64,000 nucleotides of DNA from Paramoeba atlantica (Eukaryota; Protista; Discosea): positions 45,520-109,519 of the forward strand of contig CDRNVI010000192.1 of NCBI GenBank assembly GCA_977017575.1. Reading direction: 5' to 3'. Every line of letters begins with the position of its first letter. Positions within the stretch are counted from its first letter, which is position 1. Below the pieces are notes generated by a model. The model saw nothing but the letters and a program-made list of their open reading frames with translations. It ran no database searches and was not told the DNA's origin. The position numbers and the translations under genes were made by a program. Below, one piece after another: positions 40,001 through 53,600 of this stretch.

Positions 40001-43000
40001 ATGCGTAAAAGTGCAGTATATGCTAAAGATGTATTCAAGATTGCACTGGTTGGTGCGTGCATGAAACACGTTAACCACTGCACACTTCCTAAAATTCTTT
40101 TCGTAAACTCTTAGAATTTCATTTTGTGTGAATATCGTACTTTGTAGAGATCCTATATAAGTATACGCCCATTCAGGGTAAGGTTTACAATAACTATCAA
40201 AACATATAGTTGCAGAATAGAATGATATCAACATTCGTTTTGTCGACCTATAATATAAACTACCTAAATCAAAACTATACGATAGGGCATCGCGCCTGGC
40301 CGGCGCCACCACCCTCTCGCTACTAACTTTCCACCCCTTTCGCGTTATCAGGGTCTGCCTCGGCATAACGAAGTCGGCTGATTTTGTCCGCAGGGTTACT
40401 TTTCGTGCTCACGTACCGCGCATCTACGGCAATTCCTTGCTTTTTAATTACATTCAAAACCTTTTCAAGTTCGTCAGAAACGCCGGAAGATTTCGATATT
40501 TTCCTATTAAATTATCGAAGTAAAGCAAAAATTATCGAAGTAAAGTGAAGAAAATATTGTCCTAAGAATCTTCTTCTAAGAAATATTATATGAAATAACG
40601 AAACAAAAGTACATTACACGTAAACTTTATGCGTAAAAGTGCAGTATATGCTAAAGATGTATTCAAGATTGCACTGGTTGGTGCGTGCATGAAACACGTT
40701 AACCACTGCACACTTCCTAAAATTCTTTTCGTAAACTCTTAGAATTTCATTTTGTGTGAATATCGTACTTTGTAGAGATCCTATATAAAGTATACGCCCA
40801 TTCAGGGTAAGGTTTACAATAACTATCAAAACATATAGTTGCAGAATAGAATGATATCAACATTCGTTTTGTCGACCTATAATATAAACTACCTAAATCA
40901 AAACTATACGATAGGGCATCGCGCCTGGCCGGCGCCACCACCCTCTCGCTACTAACTTTCCACCCCTTTCGCGTTATCAGGGTCTGCCTCGGCATAACGA
41001 AGTCGGCTGATTTTGTCCGCAGGGTTACTTTTCGTGCTCACGTACCGCGCATCTACGGCAATTCCTTGCTTTTTAATTACATTCAAAACCTTTTCAAGTT
41101 CGTCAGAAACGCCGGAAGATTTCGATATTTTCCTATTAAATTATCGAAGTAAAGCAAAAATTATCGAAGTAAAGTGAAGAAAATATTGTCCTAAGAATCT
41201 TCTTCTAAGAAATATTATATGAAATAACGAAACAAAAGTACATTACACGTAAACTTTATGCGTAAAAGTGCAGTATATGCTAAAGATGTATTCAAGATTG
41301 CACTGGTTGGTGCGTGCATGAAACACGTTAACCACTGCACACTTCCTAAAATTCTTTTCGTAAACTCTTAGAATTTCATTTTGTGTGAATATCGTACCTT
41401 GTAGAGATCCTATATAAGTATACGCCCATTCAGGGTAAGGTTTACAATAACTATCAAAACATATAGTTGCAGAATAGAATGATATCAACATTCGTTTTGT
41501 CGACCTATAATATAAACTACCTAAATCAAAACTATACGATAGGGCATCGCGCCTGGCCGGCGCCACCACCCTCTCGCTACTAACTTTCCACCCCTTTCGC
41601 GTTATCAGGGTCTGCCTCGGCATAACGAAGTCGGCTGATTTTGTCCGCAGGGTTACTTTTCGTGCTCACGTACCGCGCATCTACGGCAATTCCTTGCTTT
41701 TTAATTACATTCAAAACCTTTTCAAGTTCGTCAGAAACGCCGGAAGATTTCGATATTTTCCTATTAAATTATCGAAGTAAAGCAAAAATTATCGAAGTAA
41801 AGTGAAGAAAATATTGTCCTAAGAATCTTCTTCTAAGAAATATTATATGAAATAACGAAACAAAAGTACATTACACGTAAACTTTATGCGTAAAAGTGCA
41901 GTATATGCTAAAGATGTATTCAAGATTGCACTGGTTGGTGCGTGCATGAAACACGTTAACCACTGCACACTTCCTAAAATTCTTTTCGTAAACTCTTAGA
42001 ATTTCATTTTGTGTGAATATCGTACTTTGTAGAGATCCTATATAAAGTATACGCCCATTCAGGGTAAGGTTTACAATAACTATCAAAACATATAGTTGCA
42101 GAATAGAATGATATCAACATTCGTTTTGTCGACCTATAATATAAACTACCTAAATCAAAACTATACGATAGGGCATCGCGCCTGGCCGGCGCCACAACCC
42201 TCTCGCTACTAACTTTCCACCCCTTTCGCGTTATCAGGGTCTGCCTCGGCATAACGAAGTCGGCTGATTTTGTCCGCAGGGTTACTTTTCGTGCTCACGT
42301 ACCGCGCATCTACGGCAATTCCTTGCTTTTTAATTACATTCAAAACCTTTTCAAGTTCGTCAGAAACGCCGGAAGATTTCGATATTTTCCTATTAAATTA
42401 TCGAAGTAAAGCAAAAATTATCGAAGTAAAGTGAAGAAAATATTGTCCTAAGAATCTTCTTCTAAGAAATATTATATGAAATAACGAAACAAAAGTACAT
42501 TACACGTAAACTTTATGCGTAAAAGTGCAGTATATGCTAAAGATGTATTCAAGATTGCACTGGTTGGTGCGTGCATGAAACACGTTAACCACTGCACACT
42601 TCCTAAAATTCTTTTCGTAAACTCTTAGAATTTCATTTTGTGTGAATATCGTACTTTGTAGAGATCCTATATAAAGTATACGCCCATTCAGGGTAAGGTT
42701 TACAATAACTATCAAAACATATAGTTGCAGAATAGAATGATATCAACATTCGTTTTGTCGACCTATAATATAAACTACCTAAATCAAAATTATACGATAG
42801 GGCATCGCGCCTGGCCGGCGCCACCACCCTCTCGCTACTAACTTTCCACCCCTTTCGCGTTATCAGGGTCTGCCTCGGCATAACGAAGTCGGCTGATTTT
42901 GTCCGCAGGGTTACTTTTCGTGCTCACGTACCGCGCATCTACGGCAATTCCTTGCTTTTTAATTACATTCAAAACCTTTTCAAGTTCGTCAGAAACGCCG

Positions 43001-46000
43001 GAAGATTTCGATATTTTCCTATTAAATTATCGAAGTAAAGCAAAAATTATCGAAGTAAAGTGAAGAAAATATTGTCCTAAGAATCTTCTTCTAAGAAATA
43101 TTATATGAAATAACGAAACAAAAGTACATTACACGTAAACTTTATGCGTAAAAGTGCAGTATATGCTAAAGATGTATTCAAGATTGCACTGGTTGGTGCG
43201 TGCATGAAACACGTTAACCACTGCACACTTCCTAAAATTCTTTTCGTAAACTCTTAGAATTTCATTTTGTGTGAATATCGTACTTTGTAGAGATCCTATA
43301 TAAGTATACGCCCATTCAGGGTAAGGTTTACAATAACTATCAAAACATATAGTTGCAGAATAGAATGATATCAACATTCGTTTTGTCGACCTATAATATA
43401 AACTACCTAAATCAAAACTATACGATAGGGCATCGCGCCTGGCCGGCGCCACCACCCTCTCGCTACTAACTTTCCACCCCTTTCGCGTTATCAGGGTCTG
43501 CCTCGGCATAACGAAGTCGGCTGATTTTGTCCGCAGGGTTACTTTTCGTGCTCACGTACCGCGCATCTACGGCAATTCCTTGCTTTTTAATTACATTCAA
43601 AACCTTTTCAAGTTCGTCAGAAACGCCGGAAGATTTCGATATTTTCCTATTAAATTATCGAAGTAAAGCAAAAATTATCGAAGTAAAGTGAAGAAAATAT
43701 TGTCCTAAGAATCTTCTTCTAAGAAATATTATATGAAATAACGAAACAAAAGTACATTACACGTAAACTTTATGCGTAAAAGTGCAGTATATGCTAAAGA
43801 TGTATTCAAGATTGCACTGGTTGGTGCGTGCATGAAACACGTTAACCACTGCACACTTCCTAAAATTCTTTTCGTAAACTCTTAGAATTTCATTTTGTGT
43901 GAATATCGTACTTTGTAGAGATCCTATATAAGTATACGCCCATTCAGGGTAAGGTTTACAATAACTATCAAAACATATAGTTGCAGAATAGAATGATATC
44001 AACATTCGTTTTGTCGACCTATAATATAAACTACCTAAATCAAAACTATACGATAGGGCATCGCGCCTGGCCGGCGCCACAACCCTCTCGCTACTAACTT
44101 TCCACCCCTTTCGCGTTATCAGGGTCTGCCTCGGCATAACGAAGTCGGCTGATTTTGTCCGCAGGGTTACTTTTCGTGCTCACGTACCGCGCATCTACGG
44201 CAATTCCTTGCTTTTTAATTACATTCAAAACCTTTTCAAGTTCGTCAGAAACGCCGGAAGATTTCGATATTTTCCTATTAAATTATCGAAGTAAAGCAAA
44301 AATTATCGAAGTAAAGTGAAGAAAATATTGTCCTAAGAATCTTCTTCTAAGAAATATTATATGAAATAACGAAACAAAAGTACATTACACGTAAACTTTA
44401 TGCGTAAAAGTGCAGTATATGCTAAAGATGTATTCAAGATTGCACTGGTTGGTGCGTGCATGAAACACGTTAACCACTGCACACTTCCTAAAATTCTTTT
44501 CGTAAACTCTTAGAATTTCATTTTGTGTGAATATCGTACTTTGTAGAGATCCTATATAAGTATACGCCCATTCAGGGTAAGGTTTACAATAACTATCAAA
44601 ACATATAGTTGCAGAATAGAATGATATCAACATTCGTTTTGTCGACCTATAATATAAACTACCTAAATCAAAACTATACGATAGGGCATCGCGCCTGGCC
44701 GGCGCCACCACCCTCTCGCTACTAACTTTCCACCCCTTTCGCGTTATCAGGGTCTGCCTCGGCATAACGAAGTCGGCTGATTTTGTCCGCAGGGTTACTT
44801 TTCGTGCTCACGTACCGCGCATCTACGGCAATTCCTTGCTTTTTAATTACATTCAAAACCTTTTCAAGTTCGTCAGAAACGCCGGAAGATTTCGATATTT
44901 TCCTATTAAATTATCGAAGTAAAGCAAAAATTATCGAAGTAAAGTGAAGAAAATATTGTCCTAAGAATCTTCTTCTAAGAAATATTATATGAAATAACGA
45001 AACAAAAGTACATTACACGTAAACTTTATGCGTAAAAGTGCAGTATATGCTAAAGATGTATTCAAGATTGCACTGGTTGGTGCGTGCATGAAACACGTTA
45101 ACCACTGCACACTTCCTAAAATTCTTTTCGTAAACTCTTAGAATTTCATTTTGTGTGAATATCGTACTTTGTAGAGATCCTATATAAGTATACGCCCATT
45201 CAGGGTAAGGTTTACAATAACTATCAAAACATATAGTTGCAGAATAGAATGATATCAACATTCGTTTTGTCGACCTATAATATAAACTACCTAAATCAAA
45301 ACTATACGATAGGGCATCGCGCCTGGCCGGCGCCACCACCCTCTCGCTACTAACTTTCCACCCCTTTCGCGTTATCAGGGTCTGCCTCGGCATAACGAAG
45401 TCGGCTGATTTTGTCCGCAGGGTTACTTTTCGTGCTCACGTACCGCGCATCTACGGCAATTCCTTGCTTTTTAATTACATTCAAAACCTTTTCAAGTTCG
45501 TCAGAAACGCCGGAAGATTTCGATATTTTCCTATTAAATTATCGAAGTAAAGCAAAAATTATCGAAGTAAAGTGAAGAAAATATTGTCCTAAGAATCTTC
45601 TTCTAAGAAATATTATATGAAATAACGAAACAAAAGTACATTACACGTAAACTTTATGCGTAAAAGTGCAGTATATGCTAAAGATGTATTCAAGATTGCA
45701 CTGGTTGGTGCGTGCATGAAACACGTTAACCACTGCACACTTCCTAAAATTCTTTTCGTAAACTCTTAGAATTTCATTTTGTGTGAATATCGTACTTTGT
45801 AGAGATCCTATATAAAGTATACGCCCATTCAGGGTAAGGTTTACAATAACTATCAAAACATATAGTTGCAGAATAGAATGATATCAACATTCGTTTTGTC
45901 GACCTATAATATAAACTACCTAAATCAAAACTATACGATAGGGCATCGCGCCTGGCCGGCGCCACCACCCTCTCGCTACTAACTTTCCACCCCTTTCGCG

Positions 46001-49000
46001 TTATCAGGGTCTGCCTCGGCATAACGAAGTCGGCTGATTTTGTCCGCAGGGTTACTTTTCGTGCTCACGTACCGCGCATCTACGGCAATTCCTTGCTTTT
46101 TAATTACATTCAAAACCTTTTCAAGTTCGTCAGAAACGCCGGAAGATTTCGATATTTTCCTATTAAATTATCGAAGTAAAGCAAAAATTATCGAAGTAAA
46201 GTGAAGAAAATATTGTCCTAAGAATCTTCTTCTAAGAAATATTATATGAAATAACGAAACAAAAGTACATTACACGTAAACTTTATGCGTAAAAGTGCAG
46301 TATATGCTAAAGATGTATTCAAGATTGCACTGGTTGGTGCGTGCATGAAACACGTTAACCACTGCACACTTCCTAAAATTCTTTTCGTAAACTCTTAGAA
46401 TTTCATTTTGTGTGAATATCGTACTTTGTAGAGATCCTATATAAAGTATACGCCCATTCAGGGTAAGGTTTACAATAACTATCAAAACATATAGTTGCAG
46501 AATAGAATGATATCAACATTCGTTTTGTCGACCTATAATATAAACTACCTAAATCAAAACTATACGATAGGGCATCGCGCCTGGCCGGCGCCACAACCCT
46601 CTCGCTACTAACTTTCCACCCCTTTCGCGTTATCAGGGTCTGCCTCGGCATAACGAAGTCGGCTGATTTTGTCCGCAGGGTTACTTTTCGTGCTCACGTA
46701 CCGCGCATCTACGGCAATTCCTTGCTTTTTAATTACATTCAAAACCTTTTCAAGTTCGTCAGAAACGCCGGAAGATTTCGATATTTTCCTATTAAATTAT
46801 CGAAGTAAAGCAAAAATTATCGAAGTAAAGTGAAGAAAATATTGTCCTAAGAATCTTCTTCTAAGAAATATTATATGAAATAACGAAACAAAAGTACATT
46901 ACACGTAAACTTTATGCGTAAAAGTGCAGTATATGCTAAAGATGTATTCAAGATTGCACTGGTTGGTGCGTGCATGAAACACGTTAACCACTGCACACTT
47001 CCTAAAATTCTTTTCGTAAACTCTTAGAATTTCATTTTGTGTGAATATCGTACTTTGTAGAGATCCTATATAAAGTATACGCCCATTCAGGGTAAGGTTT
47101 ACAATAACTATCAAAACATATAGTTGCAGAATAGAATGATATCAACATTCGTTTTGTCGACCTATAATATAAACTACCTAAATCAAAATTATACGATAGG
47201 GCATCGCGCCTGGCCGGCGCCACCACCCTCTCGCTACTAACTTTCCACCCCTTTCGCGTTATCAGGGTCTGCCTCGGCATAACGAAGTCGGCTGATTTTG
47301 TCCGCAGGGTTACTTTTCGTGCTCACGTACCGCGCATCTACGGCAATTCCTTGCTTTTTAATTACATTCAAAACCTTTTCAAGTTCGTCAGAAACGCCGG
47401 AAGATTTCGATATTTTCCTATTAAATTATCGAAGTAAAGCAAAAATTATCGAAGTAAAGTGAAGAAAATATTGTCCTAAGAATCTTCTTCTAAGAAATAT
47501 TATATGAAATAACGAAACAAAAGTACATTACACGTAAACTTTATGCGTAAAAGTGCAGTATATGCTAAAGATGTATTCAAGATTGCACTGGTTGGTGCGT
47601 GCATGAAACACGTTAACCACTGCACACTTCCTAAAATTCTTTTCGTAAACTCTTAGAATTTCATTTTGTGTGAATATCGTACTTTGTAGAGATCCTATAT
47701 AAGTATACGCCCATTCAGGGTAAGGTTTACAATAACTATCAAAACATATAGTTGCAGAATAGAATGATATCAACATTCGTTTTGTCGACCTATAATATAA
47801 ACTACCTAAATCAAAACTATACGATAGGGCATCGCGCCTGGCCGGCGCCACCACCCTCTCGCTACTAACTTTCCACCCCTTTCGCGTTATCAGGGTCTGC
47901 CTCGGCATAACGAAGTCGGCTGATTTTGTCCGCAGGGTTACTTTTCGTGCTCACGTACCGCGCATCTACGGCAATTCCTTGCTTTTTAATTACATTCAAA
48001 ACCTTTTCAAGTTCGTCAGAAACGCCGGAAGATTTCGATATTTTCCTATTAAATTATCGAAGTAAAGCAAAAATTATCGAAGTAAAGTGAAGAAAATATT
48101 GTCCTAAGAATCTTCTTCTAAGAAATATTATATGAAATAACGAAACAAAAGTACATTACACGTAAACTTTATGCGTAAAAGTGCAGTATATGCTAAAGAT
48201 GTATTCAAGATTGCACTGGTTGGTGCGTGCATGAAACACGTTAACCACTGCACACTTCCTAAAATTCTTTTCGTAAACTCTTAGAATTTCATTTTGTGTG
48301 AATATCGTACTTTGTAGAGATCCTATATAAGTATACGCCCATTCAGGGTAAGGTTTACAATAACTATCAAAACATATAGTTGCAGAATAGAATGATATCA
48401 ACATTCGTTTTGTCGACCTATAATATAAACTACCTAAATCAAAACTATACGATAGGGCATCGCGCCTGGCCGGCGCCACAACCCTCTCGCTACTAACTTT
48501 CCACCCCTTTCGCGTTATCAGGGTCTGCCTCGGCATAACGAAGTCGGCTGATTTTGTCCGCAGGGTTACTTTTCGTGCTCACGTACCGCGCATCTACGGC
48601 AATTCCTTGCTTTTTAATTACATTCAAAACCTTTTCAAGTTCGTCAGAAACGCCGGAAGATTTCGATATTTTCCTATTAAATTATCGAAGTAAAGCAAAA
48701 ATTATCGAAGTAAAGTGAAGAAAATATTGTCCTAAGAATCTTCTTCTAAGAAATATTATATGAAATAACGAAACAAAAGTACATTACACGTAAACTTTAT
48801 GCGTAAAAGTGCAGTATATGCTAAAGATGTATTCAAGATTGCACTGGTTGGTGCGTGCATGAAACACGTTAACCACTGCACACTTCCTAAAATTCTTTTC
48901 GTAAACTCTTAGAATTTCATTTTGTGTGAATATCGTACTTTGTAGAGATCCTATATAAGTATACGCCCATTCAGGGTAAGGTTTACAATAACTATCAAAA

Positions 49001-50667
49001 CATATAGTTGCAGAATAGAATGATATCAACATTCGTTTTGTCGACCTATAATATAAACTACCTAAATCAAAACTATACGATAGGGCATCGCGCCTGGCCG
49101 GCGCCACCACCCTCTCGCTACTAACTTTCCACCCCTTTCGCGTTATCAGGGTCTGCCTCGGCATAACGAAGTCGGCTGATTTTGTCCGCAGGGTTACTTT
49201 TCGTGCTCACGTACCGCGCATCTACGGCAATTCCTTGCTTTTTAATTACATTCAAAACCTTTTCAAGTTCGTCAGAAACGCCGGAAGATTTCGATATTTT
49301 CCTATTAAATTATCGAAGTAAAGCAAAAATTATCGAAGTAAAGTGAAGAAAATATTGTCCTAAGAATCTTCTTCTAAGAAATATTATATGAAATAACGAA
49401 ACAAAAGTACATTACACGTAAACTTTATGCGTAAAAGTGCAGTATATGCTAAAGATGTATTCAAGATTGCACTGGTTGGTGCGTGCATGAAACACGTTAA
49501 CCACTGCACACTTCCTAAAATTCTTTTCGTAAACTCTTAGAATTTCATTTTGTGTGAATATCGTACTTTGTAGAGATCCTATATAAGTATACGCCCATTC
49601 AGGGTAAGGTTTACAATAACTATCAAAACATATAGTTGCAGAATAGAATGATATCAACATTCGTTTTGTCGACCTATAATATAAACTACCTAAATCAAAA
49701 CTATACGATAGGGCATCGCGCCTGGCCGGCGCCACCACCCTCTCGCTACTAACTTTCCACCCCTTTCGCGTTATCAGGGTCTGCCTCGGCATAACGAAGT
49801 CGGCTGATTTTGTCCGCAGGGTTACTTTTCGTGCTCACGTACCGCGCATCTACGGCAATTCCTTGCTTTTTAATTACATTCAAAACCTTTTCAAGTTCGT
49901 CAGAAACGCCGGAAGATTTCGATATTTTCCTATTAAATTATCGAAGTAAAGCAAAAATTATCGAAGTAAAGTGAAGAAAATATTGTCCTAAGAATCTTCT
50001 TCTAAGAAATATTATATGAAATAACGAAACAAAAGTACATTACACGTAAACTTTATGCGTAAAAGTGCAGTATATGCTAAAGATGTATTCAAGATTGCAC
50101 TGGTTGGTGCGTGCATGAAACACGTTAACCACTGCACACTTCCTAAAATTCTTTTCGTAAACTCTTAGAATTTCATTTTGTGTGAATATCGTACTTTGTA
50201 GAGATCCTATATAAGTATACGCCCATTCAGGGTAAGGTTTACAATAACTATCAAAACATATAGTTGCAGAATAGAATGATATCAACATTCGTTTTGTCGA
50301 CCTATAATATAAACTACCTAAATCAAAACTATACGATAGGGCATCGCGCCTGGCCGGCGCCACCACCCTCTCGCTACTAACTTTCCACCCCTTTCGCGTT
50401 ATCAGGGTCTGCCTCGGCATAACGAAGTCGGCTGATTTTGTCCGCAGGGTTACTTTTCGTGCTCACGTACCGCGCATCTACGGCAATTCCTTGCTTTTTA
50501 ATTACATTCAAAACCTTTTCAAGTTAGTCAGAAACGCCGGAAGATTTCGATATTTTCCTATTAAATTATCGAAGTAAAGCAAAAATTATCGAAGTAAAGT
50601 GAAGAAAATATTGTCCTAAGAATCTTCTTCTAAGAAATATTATATGAAATAACGAAACAAAAGTACA
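28047..50667. repeat. Degenerate 7-monomer higher-order repeat (4398-4400 bp), about 5 turns
   Basis: CCACAACC allele at 29000, 33398, 37796, 42196 and 46595. Further pairs at 42790/47189, 44081/48480 and 36998/41398. Confidence 0.85.
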
Positions 50668-53600
50668 TTACACGTAAACTTTATGCGTAAAAGTGCAGTA
50701 TATGCTAAAGATGTATTCAAGATTGCACTGGTTGGTGCGTGCATGAAACACGTTAACCACTGCACACTTCCTAAAATTCTTTTCGTAAACTCTTAGAATT
50801 TCATTTTGTGTGAATATCGTACTTTGTAGAGATCCTATATAAGTATACGCCCATTCAGGGTAAGGTTTACAATAACTATCAAAACATATAGTTGCAGAAT
50901 AGAATGATATCAACATTCGTTTTGTCGACCTATAATATAAACTACCTAAATCAAAACTATACGATAGGGCATCGCGCCTGGCCGGCGCCACCACCCTCTC
51001 GCTACTAACTTTCCACCCCTTTCGCGTTATCAGGGTCTGCCTCGGCATAACGAAGTCGGCTGATTTTGTCCGCAGGGTTACTTTTCGTGCTCACGTACCG
51101 CGCATCTACGGCAATTCCTTGCTTTTTAATTACATTCAAAACCTTTTCAAGTTCGTCAGAAACGCCGGAAGATTTCGATATTTTCCTATTAAATTATCGA
51201 AGTAAAGCAAAAATTATCGAAGTAAAGTGAAGAAAATATTGTCCTAAGAATCTTCTTCTAAGAAATATTATATGAAATAACGAAACAAAAGTACATTACA
51301 CGTAAACTTTATGCGTAAAAGTGCAGTATATGCTAAAGATGTATTCAAGATTGCACTGGTTGGTGCGTGCATGAAACACGTTAACCACTGCACACTTCCT
51401 AAAATTCTTTTCGTAAACTCTTAGAATTTCATTTTGTGTGAATATCGTACTTTGTAGAGATCCTATATAAGTATACGCCCATTCAGGGTAAGGTTTACAA
51501 TAACTATCAAAACATATAGTTGCAGAATAGAATGATATCAACATTCGTTTTGTCGACCTATAATATAAACTACCTAAATCAAAACTATACGATAGGGCAT
51601 CGCGCCTGGCCGGCGCCACAACCCTCTCGCTACTAACTTTCCACCCCTTTCGCGTTATCAGGGTCTGCCTCGGCATAACGAAGTCGGCTGATTTTGTCCG
51701 CAGGGTTACTTTTCGTGCTCACGTACCGCGCATCTACGGCAATTCCTTGCTTTTTAATTACATTCAAAACCTTTTCAAGTTCGTCAGAAACGCCGGAAGA
51801 TTTCGATATTTTCCTATTAAATTATCGAAGTAAAGCAAAAATTATCGAAGTAAAGTGAAGAAAATATTGTCCTAAGAATCTTCTTCTAAGAAATATTATA
51901 TGAAATAACGAAACAAAAGTACATTACACGTAAACTTTATGCGTAAAAGTGCAGTATATGCTAAAGATGTATTCAAGATTGCACTGGTTGGTGCGTGCAT
52001 GAAACACGTTAACCACTGCACACTTCCTAAAATTCTTTTCGTAAACTCTTAGAATTTCATTTTGTGTGAATATCGTACTTTGTAGAGATCCTATATAAGT
52101 ATACGCCCATTCAGGGTAAGGTTTACAATAACTATCAAAACATATAGTTGCAGAATAGAATGATATCAACATTCGTTTTGTCGACCTATAATATAAACTA
52201 CCTAAATCAAAACTATACGATAGGGCATCGCGCCTGGCCGGCGCCACAACCCTCTCGCTACTAACTTTCCACCCCTTTCGCGTTATCAGGGTCTGCCTCG
52301 GCATAACGAAGTCGGCTGATTTTGTCCGCAGGGTTACTTTTCGTGCTCACGTACCGCGCATCTACGGCAATTCCTTGCTTTTTAATTACATTCAAAACCT
52401 TTTCAAGTTCGTCAGAAACGCCGGAAGATTTCGATATTTTCCTATTAAATTATCGAAGTAAAGCAAAAATTATCGAAGTAAAGTGAAGAAAATATTGTCC
52501 TAAGAATCTTCTTCTAAGAAATATTATATGAAATAACGAAACAAAAGTACATTACACGTAAACTTTATGCGTAAAAGTGCAGTATATGCTAAAGATGTAT
52601 TCAAGATTGCACTGGTTGGTGCGTGCATGAAACACGTTAACCACTGCACACTTCCTAAAATTCTTTTCGTAAACTCTTAGAATTTCATTTTGTGTGAATA
52701 TCGTACTTTGTAGAGATCCTATATAAGTATACGCCCATTCAGGGTAAGGTTTACAATAACTATCAAAACATATAGTTGCAGAATAGAATGATATCAACAT
52801 TCGTTTTGTCGACCTATAATATAAACTACCTAAATCAAAACTATACGATAGGGCATCGCGCCTGGCCGGCGCCACCACCCTCTCGCTACTAACTTTCCAC
52901 CCCTTTCGCGTTATCAGGGTCTGCCTCGGCATAACGAAGTCGGCTGATTTTGTCCGCAGGGTTACTTTTCGTGCTCACGTACCGCGCATCTACGGCAATT
53001 CCTTGCTTTTTAATTACATTCAAAACCTTTTCAAGTTAGTCAGAAACGCCGGAAGATTTCGATATTTTCCTATTAAATTATCGAAGTAAAGCAAAAATTA
53101 TCGAAGTAAAGTGAAGAAAATATTGTCCTAAGAATCTTCTTCTAAGAAATATTATATGAAATAACGAAACAAAAGTACATTACACGTAAACTTTATGCGT
53201 AAAAGTGCAGTATATGCTAAAGATGTATTCAAGATTGCACTGGTTGGTGCGTGCATGAAACACGTTAACCACTGCACACTTCCTAAAATTCTTTTCGTAA
53301 ACTCTTAGAATTTCATTTTGTGTGAATATCGTACTTTGTAGAGATCCTATATAAAGTATACGCCCATTCAGGGTAAGGTTTACAATAACTATCAAAACAT
53401 ATAGTTGCAGAATAGAATGATATCAACATTCGTTTTGTCGACCTATAATATAAACTACCTAAATCAAAACTATACGATAGGGCATCGCGCCTGGCCGGCG
53501 CCACCACCCTCTCGCTACTAACTTTCCACCCCTTTCGCGTTATCAGGGTCTGCCTCGGCATAACGAAGTCGGCTGATTTTGTCCGCAGGGTTACTTTTCG

